Shown here: positions 1 to 10,295 of the stretch, one piece after another
Layout: the number at the start of each line of letters is the position of its first letter
How positions within the stretch are numbered: position 1 is the first letter of the stretch
Source of the DNA: an uncultured archaeon
GTDB lineage: Archaea; Asgardarchaeota; Thorarchaeia; Thorarchaeales; Thorarchaeaceae
Assembly: GCA_964558645.1 (NCBI GenBank)
Contig: CAZLEV010000012.1
Location: forward strand, 55,700-119,699
Length of the DNA: 64,000 bases
Direction of reading: 5' to 3'
The notes under the pieces: model-generated
The model's database searches: none
What the model was told of the DNA's origin: nothing
The model's input: only the letters and a program-made list of their open reading frames with translations
Translations under genes and position numbers: made by a program

Positions 1-155
1 AGGTCGCCATTGCTCTTCCTGACAACTAGTCCGGGCATATGTAACATCTCCAACTCTCGACAACGGGCTGTGAATATGGCTTTTGTGCCAATGAATCTAC
101 AGAGTAGTATTCTTTAGTATGATTCGTACAGCAACAGAAGCGAGGAATACTGCAC

Positions 156-821
156 ATGACCACAGAATCTATCTTAGAGATGAAACGAGTCTCGATGTCA
201 TACGGACAGAAGACTCTATTCAAGGACTTCACGCTTAGTCTTCACAAGAACGAGATTATCGGGATCAGCGGTGAGTCCGGGAGCGGCAAGAGCACTCTTC
301 TTCGGATCGCCGTTGACTTGGCAACTCCAGATGAGGGAGAAGTTGTATTTCAAGGCAGGAATGTTCAAGATTGGGATCCACAGGAACTTAGGAAGTGCAT
401 CATCCTTGTACCGCAACAGGCCAGCATGTTTCCAGGCACCGTACGCGATAATCTGCTCTGGGGTCTCAAGATCCACAATCAAGAGGCATCAGAGGAAGAG
501 CTTGTGAGCATTCTGAAGGAGGTCAACTTGAACGGTGAGTATCTGGATAGAGTAGCTGAGAATCTCTCAGGAGGAGAGAAACAACGTGTAGCCATAGCCC
601 GCGCACTCTTGCTTGAGCCCTGCGGCCTATTGCTGGATGAGCCGACTTCAGCACTAGACGAAAAATCCACCCTCGCAGTTGAGAAGACAGTTAAGGGGCT
701 ACTCAAGTCCCGCGACATTGGAGTGCTGGTGGTCACGCACAATCGAGAACAGTCCGAGCGATTGACGGATCGTGTCATCGAGGTAACTACCGGAGAGGAG
801 GTCGACTACAATGCAAACTAA
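156..821 (+). CDS. fetA: ABC transporter ATP-binding protein (FetA/YbbL-like)
   Basis: Walker A GESGSGKS, signature LSGGE, Walker B LLLDEPT, H-loop VTH; overlaps the downstream UPF0014 permease. Confidence 0.85.
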   Translation: MTTESILEMKRVSMSYGQKTLFKDFTLSLHKNEIIGISGESGSGKSTLLRIAVDLATPDEGEVVFQGRNVQDWDPQELRKCIILVPQQASMFPGTVRDNLLWGLKIHNQEASEEELVSILKEVNLNGEYLDRVAENLSGGEKQRVAIARALLLEPCGLLLDEPTSALDEKSTLAVEKTVKGLLKSRDIGVLVVTHNREQSERLTDRVIEVTTGEEVDYNAN

Positions 822-1641
822 TCTTGACCTATACGAGGCGATACTCAACTTCGTGCAGAGCTTGGATGCAGAAGTATACGAGGCTGCATTCAGTTATGCT
901 GCGGCAATGGTTCTGCTCGTAGTTTTGATAGCACTCAGCAAATGGCAGAAGATAGGAATAACAGAGAAGCTCATCATAGGAACAGCTAGAGGCACCATTC
1001 AAATCATCCTCATGGCGCTGATACTTGTAGAGATTTTCGCACTTCGGAACCTGATCATCATCTTCGGGGTCCTTGCTTTCATGGGGCTCTTTGCGGCCCA
1101 TACCTCACAGTCGAATCTAGATGAGATCCCCGGTATCTTCAAAGCGGGCGCGCCAGCAATTCTTCTCTCTGGACTCTCGGTTATGGTGATAAGCGTCCTT
1201 CTCGGAATAGTCCGTCCTGTTGGCGAGTACATCATCCCAATGGGAGGGATGGTGATTGGAAATGCCATGGGCATCAATTCCCTGGTCATTGAGAGAATGT
1301 GGTCCAACGCGCAGAAACAGAGAGCTCTAATGGAAACGGCACTGGCACTAGGAGCATCACCCCTGCAAGCAACCAACATGACGATCCGTGAATCCATCAG
1401 ATCTGGACTCCTTCCCAATCTGAACAGGTATGCATCCCTCGGAATCGTTTCCATCCCGGGTCTGATGTCAGGAATGATTATCGGAGGCACTCCCGTTTTG
1501 GCAGCCGCGCTTTACCAGGTAATCATCTTCGTGATGATATTCCTTGCGTGCATCATGTCTGGTCTTATCGCATCGAGAATCTTCCTGCAGGAGATGTTCA
1601 ACGAGCGAGCGCAGATCACGGTTCCCCCTGCTGAAGGTTAG
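811..1641 (+). CDS. fetB: ABC transporter permease, UPF0014/FetB (YbbM) family
   Basis: Multi-TM protein with YIIPMGGMVIGNAM, LALGAS and GIVSIPGLMSGMIIGG family motifs. Confidence 0.85.
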   Translation: MQTNLDLYEAILNFVQSLDAEVYEAAFSYAAAMVLLVVLIALSKWQKIGITEKLIIGTARGTIQIILMALILVEIFALRNLIIIFGVLAFMGLFAAHTSQSNLDEIPGIFKAGAPAILLSGLSVMVISVLLGIVRPVGEYIIPMGGMVIGNAMGINSLVIERMWSNAQKQRALMETALALGASPLQATNMTIRESIRSGLLPNLNRYASLGIVSIPGLMSGMIIGGTPVLAAALYQVIIFVMIFLACIMSGLIASRIFLQEMFNERAQITVPPAEG

Positions 1642-1921
1642 CCGCATCGCAGTTGTGCGACATGTTTGCAGACGCTCCAGACGCGTTCCATAGCATGGTC
1701 TTCAGAGCGCATCTCGACCGTGCTGTGATGGGAATCCGAGTTTATGGGCCGCCAGAAGGCCGGCGATTCCGATTCGATTCACTCCGACATCGGAATGCTT
1801 CTCAGTCCAAAACCACGCAGTGGTGTAGCATCTCAGAAGGTATGACAATTGCATAGAGCTCTTAAGGCGGTATTTGCTAGCCAAGAAACGGAAAGACATC
1901 TGCAGTAGATGGCGAAGAATC

Positions 1922-3196
1922 ATGCAGCCCGTAGGTCTCATAATCATTGGAGTCTTTGTCGTGATGCTGATTAGTATCACAACCGAGCATGCCAATGATA
2001 CTGCCGCAGCGCTTCTTGCATTTGCCGTGGCGGCAGTCGCAGCGTATTTGTTCGGCGGGCATTCATTCACCGTGATTGCAAAAGCAATGGCATGGGATGT
2101 CGTCCTCTTTCTTGCTTCTATGATGATAATAGTTGCAGTGGTTGCCTCATCGGGATTGTTTCAATGGACCGCATTGGTCATAGCAACAAAGGCCAAGGGT
2201 AACGCAAAGAAAGTGTTCTTCTATTTCATGCTCTTGACGTTTTTCATATCGCTATTCTTCAGTCCAATGCCTACCATGATGATTGTCAGTACCTTCACCG
2301 TAGAGGTCTGCAATGCGCTAGACATTGATTTCCGACCATACCTGATGACTGAGGCTGTAACGGCAGGGGTCAGTTCTATCGTCTTGCCAATAGGGTCGGT
2401 CCCCAACCTCGTAATAGTGTACTTCGCAGAATTTGACACCGGACTTCTCTTTGTGACAATGCTTCCACTGTCATTGATTCTATTCGCTATTACGTTGGCA
2501 TACATGCTGAAGAAGTCTGCAGCTGTCATCAACACCAGGAAGAAGAGGAATCTAACCATCCTGCTCGGCATAGATCCAAAGAGCATGATAAGGTCAAGAT
2601 TTGGGTTCTTTGCCTCTTGCGCAGGTCTCATTGCTCTTGTGGTGGGTCTGGTACTACTTCCGAGAGATGCACCACTAGTCGCTCTTGTGATAGCAGGAGC
2701 GCTTCTCGTGACTTCAAAGGACAGGGCACACGACCTTCTGAAGCATCTATCGTGGGATAGTGTATTCTTCCTCGTGGGAATCTTGGGTATCATTCAGACA
2801 ATGATTGCCACAGGGGTAATAGATGTCCTTTCTCAGCTACTTGTCGGAGTGGCTGAGACCAATCTGTTTCTGGGCGTTGTTGTCATGTTATGGCTACCCG
2901 GGGCGGTGCTCTCTCCACTGGACAAGAAAGCAGTAGGCATACTCGTGGCTCCGGTGGCGAAAGTGTTGGGTGATGTCAACAACATGTTACCCATTGCTCT
3001 TGTAGCAGGCACGAACATCGGAGGGTATTGCGTTCCTTTTGGTGATTCACCGAATATGGTCGCTGTTTCAATTGCTGAGGAGAAACAGAAACCGCTGACC
3101 TGGAATGAATTCAACAAGACCGTATTCCCACTCGGGATTATTCATCTCATTGTATCCACAGTATACGTGATGATTCTTAGTCAGTTCTTCGTCTAA
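1922..3196 (+). CDS. ArsB/NhaD/CitMHS (IT superfamily) ion or anion permease
   Basis: About 11 TMs, duplicated WDVVLF/WDSVFF and PIGSVPN/PFGDSPN re-entrant motifs; start moved to ATG 1922 (ORF track start 1874). Confidence 0.8.
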   Translation: MQPVGLIIIGVFVVMLISITTEHANDTAAALLAFAVAAVAAYLFGGHSFTVIAKAMAWDVVLFLASMMIIVAVVASSGLFQWTALVIATKAKGNAKKVFFYFMLLTFFISLFFSPMPTMMIVSTFTVEVCNALDIDFRPYLMTEAVTAGVSSIVLPIGSVPNLVIVYFAEFDTGLLFVTMLPLSLILFAITLAYMLKKSAAVINTRKKRNLTILLGIDPKSMIRSRFGFFASCAGLIALVVGLVLLPRDAPLVALVIAGALLVTSKDRAHDLLKHLSWDSVFFLVGILGIIQTMIATGVIDVLSQLLVGVAETNLFLGVVVMLWLPGAVLSPLDKKAVGILVAPVAKVLGDVNNMLPIALVAGTNIGGYCVPFGDSPNMVAVSIAEEKQKPLTWNEFNKTVFPLGIIHLIVSTVYVMILSQFFV

Positions 3197-3243
3197 TCAT
3201 TCCTCCAGTGATTTTGCCATGATTATCAGCAGGGAAGAGAATC

Positions 3244-3264
3244 TGCCGCCATATCTGGCGGGCA
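3244..3264 (+). terminator. Stem-loop downstream of the permease
   Basis: TGCCGCCA-TATC-TGGCGGGCA imperfect inverted repeat. Confidence 0.3.
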
Positions 3265-3321
3265 ATGTAATCTGGAACAATGAGACTCAGCACCAAGGCC
3301 AAAGAGCCAGAAGATTACCGT

Positions 3322-3364
3322 TAGAGTCAACAATGAGTCTTGTTAATGTTTTGAGTTAACAATG
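3322..3364 (+). promoter_or_regulatory. Direct repeat upstream of the SatD operon (candidate operator)
   Basis: TAGAGTCAACAATG (3322) and TTGAGTTAACAATG (3351); a third AACAATG at 3276. Confidence 0.35.
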
Positions 3365-3424
3365 CACAGACTTAATACGGAGAGCAAGAATACTACATCC
3401 ATAAGATGTAATGAATTTTCTCGG

Positions 3425-3925
3425 ATGTGGTTGCTCGTGAAGAACTCTCAGAGAGTCGCTGGTCTATTGCTCACAATTGCTACTGTTATTGGAATGTATC
3501 TGATAAGGGCTTATCCGTTGGAATCACTCCCTACTGATTCTTTGTTGATTCTTCTTTCCTACCTACTGACTGTATTCCTGCCAGGCCTCTTGATTGATCT
3601 GATCTTTGGAATGCTGGGAAGCGGAGATAGCTTCGCGGACAAATGCGGGGGTCTCCGAAATGGAGGATATCTGATTGGATACACGGAGCGAAGCCTCTTG
3701 TTCTTGGCAATGATGATCACTCACTACGATGAAGCCATGTCATTTCCATCGCTTCTGAGCTTTCTCTCCGTGATAGTTGCTGCCAAGGCAATCTTCAGAT
3801 ACTCCAGTCGAGAAACGGATGACCGCGCCTGCGCTGACTGGTACATCCTCGGGACGCTCATGAGCATCACGATGGCCTTAGCAATCTCTTGGCTAGCCTT
3901 CCGCTTCCTCTTGGTGGGGGGGTGA
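3425..3925 (+). CDS. DUF3307-like membrane protein (SatD partner)
   Basis: GGYLIGYTER, AAKAIFRY and YILGTLMS motifs; immediately upstream of SatD; start uncertain (3362/3425/3437). Confidence 0.7.
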   Translation: MWLLVKNSQRVAGLLLTIATVIGMYLIRAYPLESLPTDSLLILLSYLLTVFLPGLLIDLIFGMLGSGDSFADKCGGLRNGGYLIGYTERSLLFLAMMITHYDEAMSFPSLLSFLSVIVAAKAIFRYSSRETDDRACADWYILGTLMSITMALAISWLAFRFLLVGG

Positions 3926-3929
3926 TGCA

Positions 3930-4547
3930 GTGATTGCAGTGATCGTTGACATTGTAGCCTCAAGAGAAACAGAGATCGGTAAACGAAGAGAACTTGACAA
4001 AGCCTTGCGAGAACTCTTGAAGCGCGTACACAACCGGTTCGAGGAAGACTGTCTAGCACATCCAGCACTCACTCAAGGGGATAGTCTTGAGCTGTTGGTG
4101 AGCAGTTGGCGCCCCATTGTATTCGTATTTCAGAGCCTTCTCATGAAGGAACTAGAGTTTCGCGTCGGCCTAGGTACAGGGGAAGTCACGATTCGTAAGA
4201 AGAACGCAGATGAATGTGATGGCCCAGCCTTCTGGAACGCAAGAGAGGCTCTCAACGAGATAAAGGAGATGAAATACATGACGCGAACTGCGGGGTTCAA
4301 GATCGACGATAAAAGCTCCGAAGAGGAGTCCAATATGGTCATAGTGTCTCTTCTCTTTCTCACTTCGTTGCTCGGCATGACTCCGACTCAGGTACGACAC
4401 TGCTACCACTACATTTGGGAGAAGAAGCGTGTTTCAGAGATTGCACCGGTGGTGGGGACGTCGAAGGGAAACGTGAGCAGATCATTAAGCAAGACACCCT
4501 GCTATCTCCTTGAACGTATCATGGCTCATATTGACATGCATGGTTAG
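3930..4547 (+). CDS. SatD family protein with C-terminal HTH
   Basis: DIVASR, TQGD, RVGLGTG and DGPAFWNAR motifs; C-terminal VSEIAPVVGTSKGNVSRSL HTH. Confidence 0.85.
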   Translation: MIAVIVDIVASRETEIGKRRELDKALRELLKRVHNRFEEDCLAHPALTQGDSLELLVSSWRPIVFVFQSLLMKELEFRVGLGTGEVTIRKKNADECDGPAFWNAREALNEIKEMKYMTRTAGFKIDDKSSEEESNMVIVSLLFLTSLLGMTPTQVRHCYHYIWEKKRVSEIAPVVGTSKGNVSRSLSKTPCYLLERIMAHIDMHG

Positions 4548-4889
4548 GCGTTGACAGCATCCCTTCATCTTCGAGATTATGGTTTCCCAGGAATCACAGC
4601 TCTTGGTGGTATCCACTCATTGGTTCCTTCATCTCCAAGACGGCTTTGACCACACCTTGAATCAACCTCCTCATTGGTGCTTTACTCAATACGAACGATC
4701 AGAGCTTGCGAGAATCCGACAGACATCTGTCAAAGAGCCTCTGCTGTTTTAATAGCTAATTGGAGATTATATTTATCACATATCGATTAAAATCAATAAT
4801 TATGTCTGGTTTTATTAGTAAATTACATGAAAAATACAAGTAATGTTTATAACATACGAATCTCGCAAGCGCGAGAAGGTGCCACCATT

Positions 4890-7800
4890 ATGTCAAAGAA
4901 ACTGACCAGCTTACTCTGTCTGATTGCGCTCCTGTTAGCATTCGCATCAGCAGCGGTTAATGTGAACCAGGAACAGATGAACACTGACCGATATATCGAA
5001 GAGCCAGCAGCCACGAGAATCCTGACCCCTTCTTATACGCCTCATGCTCCCATCGTTATTACCTCCAATGCAGACTTTGAAACCTACGCTTTCGAGGGAG
5101 ATGGTTCTTCTGAGCATCCCTATCTGATAGAAGGCCTGAATATCACATCCTCAGATGTCTGCATCAATGTAAGTAACACTGATGTGTATTTCGAGATTAT
5201 TGATTGCTTGGTCAGTTCTCCTGAGGGGACTTCACAGGACGGCATCGTCCTGAATAACGTAAGCAACGGCCGGGTCCGTAACTCGATAATCGAATTCCAC
5301 GGGAACGGAATCTTTGTAGAACTATCCAACAGCTGTATTTTGGCCGACAATACATTTAGAAGCAACGAACGTGGAGTATCGGTTTTGAACTCGCTGAGTT
5401 GTATCGTAGCCAACAGCACTTCTTCGGGCGCTTATGATAGCTCCCAGTTTTATCTCACCAATTCGCCATATTCAACTCTTATCAATAACACGGGTAGCGG
5501 CAGCTATAACGCAAGGGGCTTCTTGCTATCTGGCTCTCCCCACTCTATTCTCATCAACAACACGGCATTCTACAATTACCGCGGATTCCAAGCCTCTACT
5601 TCAGCCAACGTAACTCTCATAGGCAACAATGCCACCATGAACTACCAATATGGTTACTACCTCGACAGGTCTTGGAACTCCAATCTCACAGACAACATAG
5701 CTCTGGACCAAGATGACACTCATATTGTCCTCACCGACTCTGGCTCCTCGCATCTGAAGAACAACACTGTGGGCCGTGATATGTGGCCCTACGATGCAGG
5801 GATTGGAGTTTATCTCTGGAACTCAACTTCATGCAATCTTGATGAGAACACTGTTTCAGACAATAGCTATGGGTTCTACATAAAGGAATCAGACGGGTCA
5901 AGTCTGATCGGGAACACTATTTCCGATAATTCGATTAGTGGGATACATCTAGTCGAGTCCTCAGGATGCGAGGTTAAGCTGAATATACTCACTGGCAGTG
6001 GGCTGGTCATAGAGGGTACAACAATCGACAAATGGCTCCACAGTATCCTCGGCAATATGGTCAACGATAAGTCTTTGGGATACTTCAACGGCTATGCAGA
6101 CGGTGATCTGGATATATCCGTGAGAGGGCAGGTTATTGTAGTAGATTGCAGCAACTTTACATTCAGGAATGGAGATCTCGTCGACGCATCCATCGGCATA
6201 CAGGTCGGGTTCTCCTCAAATTGTACCCTCACAGACAACACTGCCTCGAACAACTCGCTCTATGGTTTTCACCTCTATGAGACTAACACAACTACATTTA
6301 CGCAGAACACAGCCCTGCACAACACCCAAGATGGGGTTTACCTCTACCGCTGCTCGTCGAGCAACCTGACCCACAACACTGCTTTCGCAAACCTGCGGCG
6401 TGGGTTCTACATACGAGAGTGCGACGGTACCAGACTCTCCGATAATACTGCAATCAACAACGTAAGGGATGGGTACCACTTCCATCTCAGCACCAACGTC
6501 ACCCTCAACCACAATGTTGCTGAGGATAATGGGTACAGCGGATACTACTTCTTGCAGTCGCCTTACGTCAACGTAACAAGCAATCATGCAAAGGGCAACC
6601 AACAGTACGGGTTTGTCTTGAATTTTGCACACAGAGGAGTGTTGAATGGCAATACAGTTGTTGACAACATTCAGGGCGGCGTACAGCTCTACAACACTAA
6701 GCATGCAGTCATTCAGAAGAACTCTCTCACGAACAACGGTGTGATGCTTGAGGTCCTGTCTGTAGATTACTGCTTCCACGAGATGTCTGACAATACCGTC
6801 AACGACAAACCTCTCGGATATTTCGCGAATCTAACCACAGGCACAGTGGATGGCGCCATATACGGACAGGTGATTCTGGTCAACTGCACAGGAGTTGTGG
6901 TGCAAGACGGCGTTTTCAACAATGCCTCAGCTGGAATAATCGTTGCATTCTCTCCAGATTGCACCCTGACAAATAACACTTCAACAGCCAATTACTATGC
7001 GGGGATATATGTATTCCAGTCGCCCAGATGTACTCTATCGGACAACGCAGCCGATGTGAATACAGGCTCAGGATTCGTAGTCCGACAATCCTCCTCCAGC
7101 AATCTGACTGACAACTCAGCCACAGACAACTCGAATTATGGTTTCTTGCTGACATATTCAAACGACTTGACCCTCATCGACAATGCGGCAATGGGTAACG
7201 AATATTCAGGATTCTATCTGCTATATTCTGCCAATTCGGTACTGTCATGGAATGCTGCAAGTGACAACATGCAATCCGGATTCTACATTCGCGACTCCAC
7301 AAATTGCACACTGTACGACAACAACGCCGTGGCAAACTACGAAGGTTTCAAGATCAGCCAACTAGAGGGAGCAAATCTCACGGCCAATACTGCAATCAGC
7401 AACTCAATGCGCGGAATCCATCTGGACGTTTCTACGCAATGTATTCTGAATGCTAATGTTCTCGAACAGAACGGAGTTGCCATATATGGCACATCTGTGT
7501 CTCAGTGGGCTCACGTTATGAACGCGAACGAGGTCAATGGCAAGCCGCTGGCGTATCTCGTTAACCTGACTGGTGGCATCATCGATGGTGGCCTTTATGG
7601 CCAAGTGATCATGGTTGAATGCTCGGGTGTGACTGTCCGATACGGAACGTACGTCAATGCATCATTCGGAGTTCAAGTGGCCTTTTCTGAGAGCTGTACC
7701 TTCGAAGGTAACATCATCGCAGGCAATATGTATGGATTCTACTCGTATCAGTCAGGCGGTTGTACTTTCACAGACAACAATGTTTCCGACAGTTCATTGT

Positions 7801-9065
7801 ACGGGTTCTACATCCGCAGTGGAGGGCAGAGTAACCTTGTTGATAATATTGTTTCTGGCAGTCTGAGAACAGGATTCTACATATACCAGTCCGATGAACT
7901 CATCATAGAGGGAAACAATGCAACCAATAACGCAGAACATGGCTTCATGGTTTACTTCTCGGACGCGTGTGTCTTTACAGAGAACCTAGCGACGGACAAC
8001 TCTGAATCGGGGTTCTATCTCTATGATTCGAACATTTGCTCATTCAGCGACAACTCCGCGACTGCTAACGCAGAGAACGGAATCCATCTCAAAAACTCGC
8101 AGAACGTAACCCTTACTGGTAACATTGCCAGTGACAATTGCCAGTATGGCATCTACTTGGATGGTTACAGCTATAACAACACTCTCTATCTGAATGGAAT
8201 ATACTACAACGAGGTATCAAATGCACAGGATGATGGAGAATCCAACTATTGGGATGATGGCTCGTCATTCGGAAACTGCTGGGGTGACTATCAGGGAACA
8301 GGTGTCTATAGCATCAGTGGGTCTGCAGAAAGCGTAGACCATTATCCCGTCAAATGCTCACCAAAGATAGATACACCCGGTGACGTCCAGTATGAAGCTG
8401 GAACTACCGGACATTACATCACATGGACTCCAACTGACGAGTTGCCAGACCGATACGAAGTCTACAGGAACGGCTCCCTCGTCGAAGACGGCCCTTGGAA
8501 TGGATCTTCAATAGTCGTCAACATAGATGGCCTGCAATTGGGGAGCTACATCTACGCCCTCGTAGTCTACGACACGACGGGCAACTACTCCAGTGATTAT
8601 GTCTTGGTAAGCGTGATAGACACCACTCCCCCCACAATAGACAGTCCTGATGACATCGAATATGAGGAAGGTACTACAGGGCACAACATCACATGGGCTC
8701 CATCGGACATTAATCCCTTTACGTATTCGATCTATAGCAATGGTTCCCTCGTAGACAGCGGCGAGTGGGATGGTGGGAATATCACCATCAACGTTGATGG
8801 ACACGAAGTGGGAACCTACAACTACACCCTCGTAGTCTATGACGTCGCAGACAATTGGAACAGTGACACAGTCTTCGTTACGGTTGTCGAACCTGATGAC
8901 ACCACAACTACTACTACCACCACAACCACCACTACAACCACCACAGATACGACCGAACCAGACATGCCACCTCTGCCTCTGGATTGGGTAGTTCTTCTGG
9001 TTGCAGCCGTTGGTGCAATAGTTCTCATCATTGTTGTGGGCACCCATCTCAGGAAGAGAGCATAA
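4890..9065 (+). CDS. Large cell-surface right-handed beta-helix (NosD/CASH) repeat protein with two Ig-like repeats, Thr linker and C-terminal membrane anchor
   Basis: Signal peptide MSKKLTSLL..., many N-x-x-x-x-N-x-x-G-F-Y-L repeats, three VN-x-K-x-L...GQVI modules, 15-Thr tract, TM followed by RKRA; start moved from 4827. Confidence 0.9.
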   Translation: MSKKLTSLLCLIALLLAFASAAVNVNQEQMNTDRYIEEPAATRILTPSYTPHAPIVITSNADFETYAFEGDGSSEHPYLIEGLNITSSDVCINVSNTDVYFEIIDCLVSSPEGTSQDGIVLNNVSNGRVRNSIIEFHGNGIFVELSNSCILADNTFRSNERGVSVLNSLSCIVANSTSSGAYDSSQFYLTNSPYSTLINNTGSGSYNARGFLLSGSPHSILINNTAFYNYRGFQASTSANVTLIGNNATMNYQYGYYLDRSWNSNLTDNIALDQDDTHIVLTDSGSSHLKNNTVGRDMWPYDAGIGVYLWNSTSCNLDENTVSDNSYGFYIKESDGSSLIGNTISDNSISGIHLVESSGCEVKLNILTGSGLVIEGTTIDKWLHSILGNMVNDKSLGYFNGYADGDLDISVRGQVIVVDCSNFTFRNGDLVDASIGIQVGFSSNCTLTDNTASNNSLYGFHLYETNTTTFTQNTALHNTQDGVYLYRCSSSNLTHNTAFANLRRGFYIRECDGTRLSDNTAINNVRDGYHFHLSTNVTLNHNVAEDNGYSGYYFLQSPYVNVTSNHAKGNQQYGFVLNFAHRGVLNGNTVVDNIQGGVQLYNTKHAVIQKNSLTNNGVMLEVLSVDYCFHEMSDNTVNDKPLGYFANLTTGTVDGAIYGQVILVNCTGVVVQDGVFNNASAGIIVAFSPDCTLTNNTSTANYYAGIYVFQSPRCTLSDNAADVNTGSGFVVRQSSSSNLTDNSATDNSNYGFLLTYSNDLTLIDNAAMGNEYSGFYLLYSANSVLSWNAASDNMQSGFYIRDSTNCTLYDNNAVANYEGFKISQLEGANLTANTAISNSMRGIHLDVSTQCILNANVLEQNGVAIYGTSVSQWAHVMNANEVNGKPLAYLVNLTGGIIDGGLYGQVIMVECSGVTVRYGTYVNASFGVQVAFSESCTFEGNIIAGNMYGFYSYQSGGCTFTDNNVSDSSLYGFYIRSGGQSNLVDNIVSGSLRTGFYIYQSDELIIEGNNATNNAEHGFMVYFSDACVFTENLATDNSESGFYLYDSNICSFSDNSATANAENGIHLKNSQNVTLTGNIASDNCQYGIYLDGYSYNNTLYLNGIYYNEVSNAQDDGESNYWDDGSSFGNCWGDYQGTGVYSISGSAESVDHYPVKCSPKIDTPGDVQYEAGTTGHYITWTPTDELPDRYEVYRNGSLVEDGPWNGSSIVVNIDGLQLGSYIYALVVYDTTGNYSSDYVLVSVIDTTPPTIDSPDDIEYEEGTTGHNITWAPSDINPFTYSIYSNGSLVDSGEWDGGNITINVDGHEVGTYNYTLVVYDVADNWNSDTVFVTVVEPDDTTTTTTTTTTTTTTTDTTEPDMPPLPLDWVVLLVAAVGAIVLIIVVGTHLRKRA
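8901..8945 (+). repeat. ACN trinucleotide run encoding 15 Thr (linker)
   Basis: accacaactactactaccaccacaaccaccactacaaccaccaca. Confidence 0.9.
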
Positions 9066-9115
9066 GCAGATTGTTCAGAGTCGAACAGATAGACATCGTT
9101 CGCGAGATAGCCTGA

Positions 9116-9158
9116 TGCCACCTCAAAACGACTTGTGGGGTGGCACTCTCCTTTTTTT
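9116..9158 (+). terminator. Hairpin plus T-tract terminator after the NosD gene
   Basis: TGCCACCTCA...TGGGGTGGCA stem followed by CTCTCCTTTTTTT. Confidence 0.65.
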
Positions 9159-9257
9159 CCTGATGTGACTTATGTTACTGCCAAAAGAAAGCATGAATCC
9201 ATCAATGCCCAAGTCCACCAAGACTAGTGACCTAGTATTCATGTGAAGCTAGACGCC

Positions 9258-10124
9258 TCAGTATCCATATCTATGCAGGTACTCCCTAACTGAATCTGCA
9301 ATGATACTGGCTCCGGTCGAGTTGAGATGGATGTAGTCCACATGGAGAACCTGTTCTGAGTCGTTAGCTATTGCATCCCAGCTCTTTCCAAAGACGAAAT
9401 GGCGGACCATCGCAACTACCATACCGCGGATAGCATTCTTGAGCTGATAGGTCGGATTTGGGGTATGATGTCGAAGGTATTGTACCATCTCCTCATGAAT
9501 GGGCAGGTACTCAACTCCCAACTCCCGACTGATTTCTTTGATAGCACTGCTGTACGTCTTACTCACTTGGAGCGCATTGGACCGGAGGTCTTCACCGATA
9601 GGGGGAATGGACATCAAGACTACCTGAGCTGAAGATTCGTCCAGAAACCGTCTGACGAGATGTCGGAGAGATTCTTCGAACCAACCTTTGGTGGGCCGTT
9701 CGGGAAGATGCTTTCTTCGCTGAGCCGCCCAGATGCAGGTTATCGGGAGCTGCGACAGGGCATCGTTTGACCCCACTAGGATGAATACGATGTCGGGCTT
9801 GCACTCGATCATTTCCTCTACTCGCTGCAAGATATTCCATGCGAAATCTCCATTGATACCTGCATTCACCAAAGTCAGAACCTCTTGGTCATATTCCTCA
9901 TTGATGATGTCAAAATACGCCACACCGATATTGCCATGTGTAAGGCTGTCTCCAGCAAGGAGAACTACGGGCTTTGTCTTGACATCATCTTGAAGGCTCT
10001 GAAGGTATGTAGCAGGTCTTGATTTGTGAGGGCGATCACCCTGAGCGAACGAATAGCCGAGAATCCCAAGAAGCAAACCGATGGTCAACACCATAATCAG
10101 CGTTATGGCCCACAGAATATCCAT
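9258..10124 (-). CDS. SGNH/GDSL hydrolase with N-terminal membrane anchor
   Basis: GDSLT, NAGING, GSND and DYIH blocks. Confidence 0.9.
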   Translation of the reverse strand: MDILWAITLIMVLTIGLLLGILGYSFAQGDRPHKSRPATYLQSLQDDVKTKPVVLLAGDSLTHGNIGVAYFDIINEEYDQEVLTLVNAGINGDFAWNILQRVEEMIECKPDIVFILVGSNDALSQLPITCIWAAQRRKHLPERPTKGWFEESLRHLVRRFLDESSAQVVLMSIPPIGEDLRSNALQVSKTYSSAIKEISRELGVEYLPIHEEMVQYLRHHTPNPTYQLKNAIRGMVVAMVRHFVFGKSWDAIANDSEQVLHVDYIHLNSTGASIIADSVREYLHRYGY

Positions 10125-10295
10125 GTGCCAGCAGATAAGCGTGAGCACTTAAGACCTCTGGGGAGTGGAATGGGTTGCCTGAAACCACCCCTATGCAAAT
10201 AAAATCAAGACACAATCCCATTGACGTGGTGAGACGTCATCCTATTATACAGGTTTGTAATACTGCCTCTCCACTATACTAGGAGTGTTAGTAGG

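Noticed and set aside
1653-2070. Short ORFs 1653-1856 and 1702-2070, and the many antisense or nested ORFs in the track (e.g. 8508-9047, 16510-17052, 25128-25583, 31286-31552, 57447-57809)
   Set aside because: Shadow ORFs overlapping well-supported genes, or lacking any motif or RBS support
9112-9150. UGA-stem-AAAA hairpin resembling a eukaryote-type SECIS
   Set aside because: No 3' GA for the kink-turn quartet, the upstream gene has no in-frame UGA, and the T-tract fits a terminator
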